DNA from: a virus
Taxonomy: Duplodnaviria; Caudoviricetes
Virus record (IMG/VR): IMGVR_UViG_3300017748_000027
Coordinates: 1-37,997 of that record
Direction: 5' to 3' (one strand)
DNA: 37,997 nt
This document shows, in pieces, positions 36,201 to 37,997 of the stretch; position 1 is the stretch's first letter, and each line of letters begins with the position of its first letter. Made by a program: the position numbers and the translations under genes. The notes beneath the pieces were generated by a model. The model was not told where the DNA came from. It ran no database searches and worked only from the letters and a program-made list of their open reading frames with translations.

Positions 36201-37997
36201 AGATACTAAAACCGTAATAGATAAAATAAATAAAGGATCATTAAACGGTTTTCAAGTTGGTAAAAACAATTACGCTATAATGGAAAACGCTGTAGCTAAT
36301 GAAAAAACCGAAATAACTATACATGAACCTGGTCACCAAGTGTTTGAAGAAATACTTCAAAACAGAGATGCTGATTTTTCTGATATGGCTAGATCTGTTT
36401 TAGAGTGGACTAAAGCAAATAATCCTGCTGTATATAAAAGATTAAGTACTCAAGCTGGTGTTAATTTATTATTAAGTGATAACTTAGCAGATAGAAAAAG
36501 AGGTGCTGAAGAAGTTGTTGTAGAGTTTTTAGAAGAAGTTTCTAAAGAAAGATCATTTAACTTTGATAGAATACAAGACAAAGAATTAGCTGCATACTTT
36601 TCTTATATGGCATCAGACATGATGCAGAAAAACACATCTAATAATTTTGCTTTAAATTTAAAAGGACAAAATGACGCTGTTAGTTTTTTAGTTACTCTAG
36701 CTACTAAAATAAAAAGAGGTGATATAACTCAAAGAGATATACAAGAAGCTAGACAGTCACCTGTTATAAAAGCTATTGAGGAAAAAACCAGTGAGACAGC
36801 TGCTGTGGAATTAGCTGCTAAAATAAAACCAGAAGTTGGATCTATTAAAGAGTCTGTTTCAGAGACACCTGAAGAAAGAAAAATTAGACAAGATAATAGA
36901 AATAAACTTTTAGATAAAATTTATAATGAAAAAGCTTTAGATGAAGATGGCAAGCCTGTTAGCAAGCAAGAGTTTAATGAATTTTTAAATACTCAAGAAG
37001 GTAAAGACTTTGTAGGCGAGGTTTTGTTAATGTCCTATAATGATATATTAGCCTTAGTTAAAGGTGATGAACTTAAAATAGATTTTAATCCAATAATAAA
37101 ACACATAGAAGCTTTTAATCCTCAAAAGAAAGTTACAGAAGGTAAGTTTGATTTAAAAGGATATTTTGGTAGATTTTTAAAAGCTAAAGTTGGTACTGGC
37201 GCAAAGCGAGTAGCTAAATCAGAAGGTCCAAAAGCTGCAACTAGAATAGGTCAACAGCGAGAAGGTGGTAGAGCTTTTGACATAGCAGATACTAGAGGTA
37301 AAGCTGACCAAACAGTTGATTTAAATTTAAGGCAACTAGCAGATATTAAAGAAGGCAGCGACTTATATAACTTTATATTAGATAAAACTAAAAAAGTATT
37401 ATCTACTTTTAAACCTAAAGTAAAAGGTTTAAACGCTGAAGTTGTAGAACTAGCTAAACAACCTACAAACTCTAAAGCTATTGCTCAAGTAAATAAAGCT
37501 TATAAAAGTGTTAGACAACAATTAAATAGTGATTTTGATACTGAAATGTTTAAAGAAGTTAAAAACACTATTAAGAAACCTAACTACAAGTCTTGGCTAG
37601 AAAATAATAAAAAAGCTATACTTAGTTTAGATATAAACACTTTAGTAGCTTTTGAAAGGTTATCTAAGAATAAAATATTTGCTGTTGCTGAGAAAAAAGA
37701 TATGAGCCCTAGCGAAATTGAAGCTGCGTTATCTGTTGGTAGAAAAGCTGATTTAGTTTATATTAACCCTACATCTGGACCTACTTTATATAAAAGATTA
37801 GATCCTTCACCTGAACAAATATCAGAGTTCTTTTTGAAACGTGGTAGAGATAATGCTTTAGCAAAAGCTATAGCTGCAAAGCTAGGTGAAAATGCTACGA
37901 TGCAAGCATTAAAAGGAGAAGTTGGTCAAGATAAAGCAAAGGTAATAGAAATATTTTCTAATAATAATCCAGATCTTAATTGGATCCCATTAGAAAA
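33241..37997 (+). CDS. Giant internal virion/ejection polyvalent protein (partial, >1585 aa; not in ORF track)
   Basis: ATG 33241 overlaps the previous stop (ATGAATGA); frame read open to window end (MNDIYYYTNSKG...WIPLE); Gly-rich hydrophobic segments; HEPGH at 36322-36336. Confidence 0.85.
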   Translation, partial: MNDIYYYTNSKGEVVEATYSQVEEASKHFGYPDAQTYMTDKGITTDPPSKEQESPMFSGEETKDAIDKAQDEQEKIQQERDETRKKDLDNRISNEKPKVNKSMSQIVREAKMKETTEKAIELDDDHTWMDNVDDVQFSNSGNNKMSVMLNEAYPGFTSKEVTKYRTDYGPDGAVNLPYTELQITDDNTGDVKTIDPKSNSFKTDIRGFVNKHGGTKKYKADEETLRLSSEADEATNLSGYQNSEIQSITGKPNEELFKPYTEMETVQGIPTPDGRMISGSRRVEKTIQPYEAELKQAKDILDRQVADINAKRSPSDQIPAATRLDIENKAKDLIAADMTYKMQNNNLQDYLEDLTESEIAKLNIYTTKTKDAKSKKASEILAVQKIEMDNFLDENKNPDLMLVNYVNSTLSDPTQEFLPEEGEKTIKLNNGKVIGEKLYNEYVQAKSNLDNQLVPLKKRQDEINKVTGEVSDLNTKMDLYGRDYSNMSKFTYNFLKGFESIGSGILYYGGRLGSEVMQLGGGLTGFAGEVLQKNLTDWQINRFKEDQDRRRVLAKDVSFGDFKDKNGEYDASRFGRFINQEVSTQLPILASMVVTGGSGSAVLPALTIGTYSAGERLAEFDVNQATDPNYNPSALEKWFVSTGYGALDGTLGTLPTARILRNSVKAVGTSGTSGFLSFSKEFKNAWTNGTLRKHVIYEPAIDMAGEVGTTWGQNALDGRPILTNTGHTAFTSGMFSVFLGGGPLVYGHTLTAFSDRKKWKETRSLIDDKNRLEAKLSNVDGRTKVGKAYKNQITSLEKQIENNINTVSNNVNNKLSPKSYNAYVNATKRQEEIRLEAEAIVDDQTIKNRQDKQEQLKYLKKEFDDIQYARDLWRDEDAFGNEFNLLSSGNEQQKERYQKIKQEAITKLRVDKNKAPDFQPDAKDINAAAYDIYVREEIQDRIDQANKASNNFKTIVLETKEDAINEINRLANEEISIAASEEKTTIQDTKTVIDKINKGSLNGFQVGKNNYAIMENAVANEKTEITIHEPGHQVFEEILQNRDADFSDMARSVLEWTKANNPAVYKRLSTQAGVNLLLSDNLADRKRGAEEVVVEFLEEVSKERSFNFDRIQDKELAAYFSYMASDMMQKNTSNNFALNLKGQNDAVSFLVTLATKIKRGDITQRDIQEARQSPVIKAIEEKTSETAAVELAAKIKPEVGSIKESVSETPEERKIRQDNRNKLLDKIYNEKALDEDGKPVSKQEFNEFLNTQEGKDFVGEVLLMSYNDILALVKGDELKIDFNPIIKHIEAFNPQKKVTEGKFDLKGYFGRFLKAKVGTGAKRVAKSEGPKAATRIGQQREGGRAFDIADTRGKADQTVDLNLRQLADIKEGSDLYNFILDKTKKVLSTFKPKVKGLNAEVVELAKQPTNSKAIAQVNKAYKSVRQQLNSDFDTEMFKEVKNTIKKPNYKSWLENNKKAILSLDINTLVAFERLSKNKIFAVAEKKDMSPSEIEAALSVGRKADLVYINPTSGPTLYKRLDPSPEQISEFFLKRGRDNALAKAIAAKLGENATMQALKGEVGQDKAKVIEIFSNNNPDLNWIPLE

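Noticed and set aside
1-37997. Stop-codon reassignment, tRNAs, CRISPR arrays, introns/inteins, integrase
   Set aside because: Core genes are intact in the standard code and end in TAA, TGA or TAG; intergenic gaps are too short; no such motifs were seen by eye
33241-37997. Giant ORF as a crAss-type virion RNA polymerase
   Set aside because: No DxDxD catalytic motif noticed in the visible part; the gene is truncated, so it cannot be excluded downstream

Overview
An AT-rich, densely coding segment of a tailed dsDNA phage, with all credible genes on the + strand in the standard genetic code. The gene set points to a short-tailed (podovirus-like) virion. Shine-Dalgarno motifs are not evident and leaders are A/T-rich, suggesting a Bacteroidota/Flavobacteriia host (inference). 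Gene order: tail-fibre-like genes with a GT32 glycosyltransferase; a groEL-groES operon; a lysis region (small holin-like gene, T7-type amidase, spanin-like gene) interleaved with small basic or low-complexity proteins, a toxin-like ORF and an HExxH protein; a 3TM holin, head-spike-base-like gene, SAM methyltransferase and tandem GroES-like gene; terminase, portal, scaffold and major capsid; tail adaptor/stabilisation genes; and ejection proteins ending in a >1585-aa ORF that runs off the window. The most striking unannotated signal is same-strand +1-frame overprinting inside core morphogenesis genes: a 42-aa basic peptide (MPFQSKAQ...KKKKKK) inside the acidic scaffold gene, and a 170-codon open frame with a signal-peptide/lipobox-like start inside terL. 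Other leads are 5-nt-periodic leaders, an operator-like palindrome before the chaperonin operon, a recurring [TS]-M-[AV] junction motif, and zincin and sigma-like segments in the giant protein. All product calls come from motif recognition; no database search was run.
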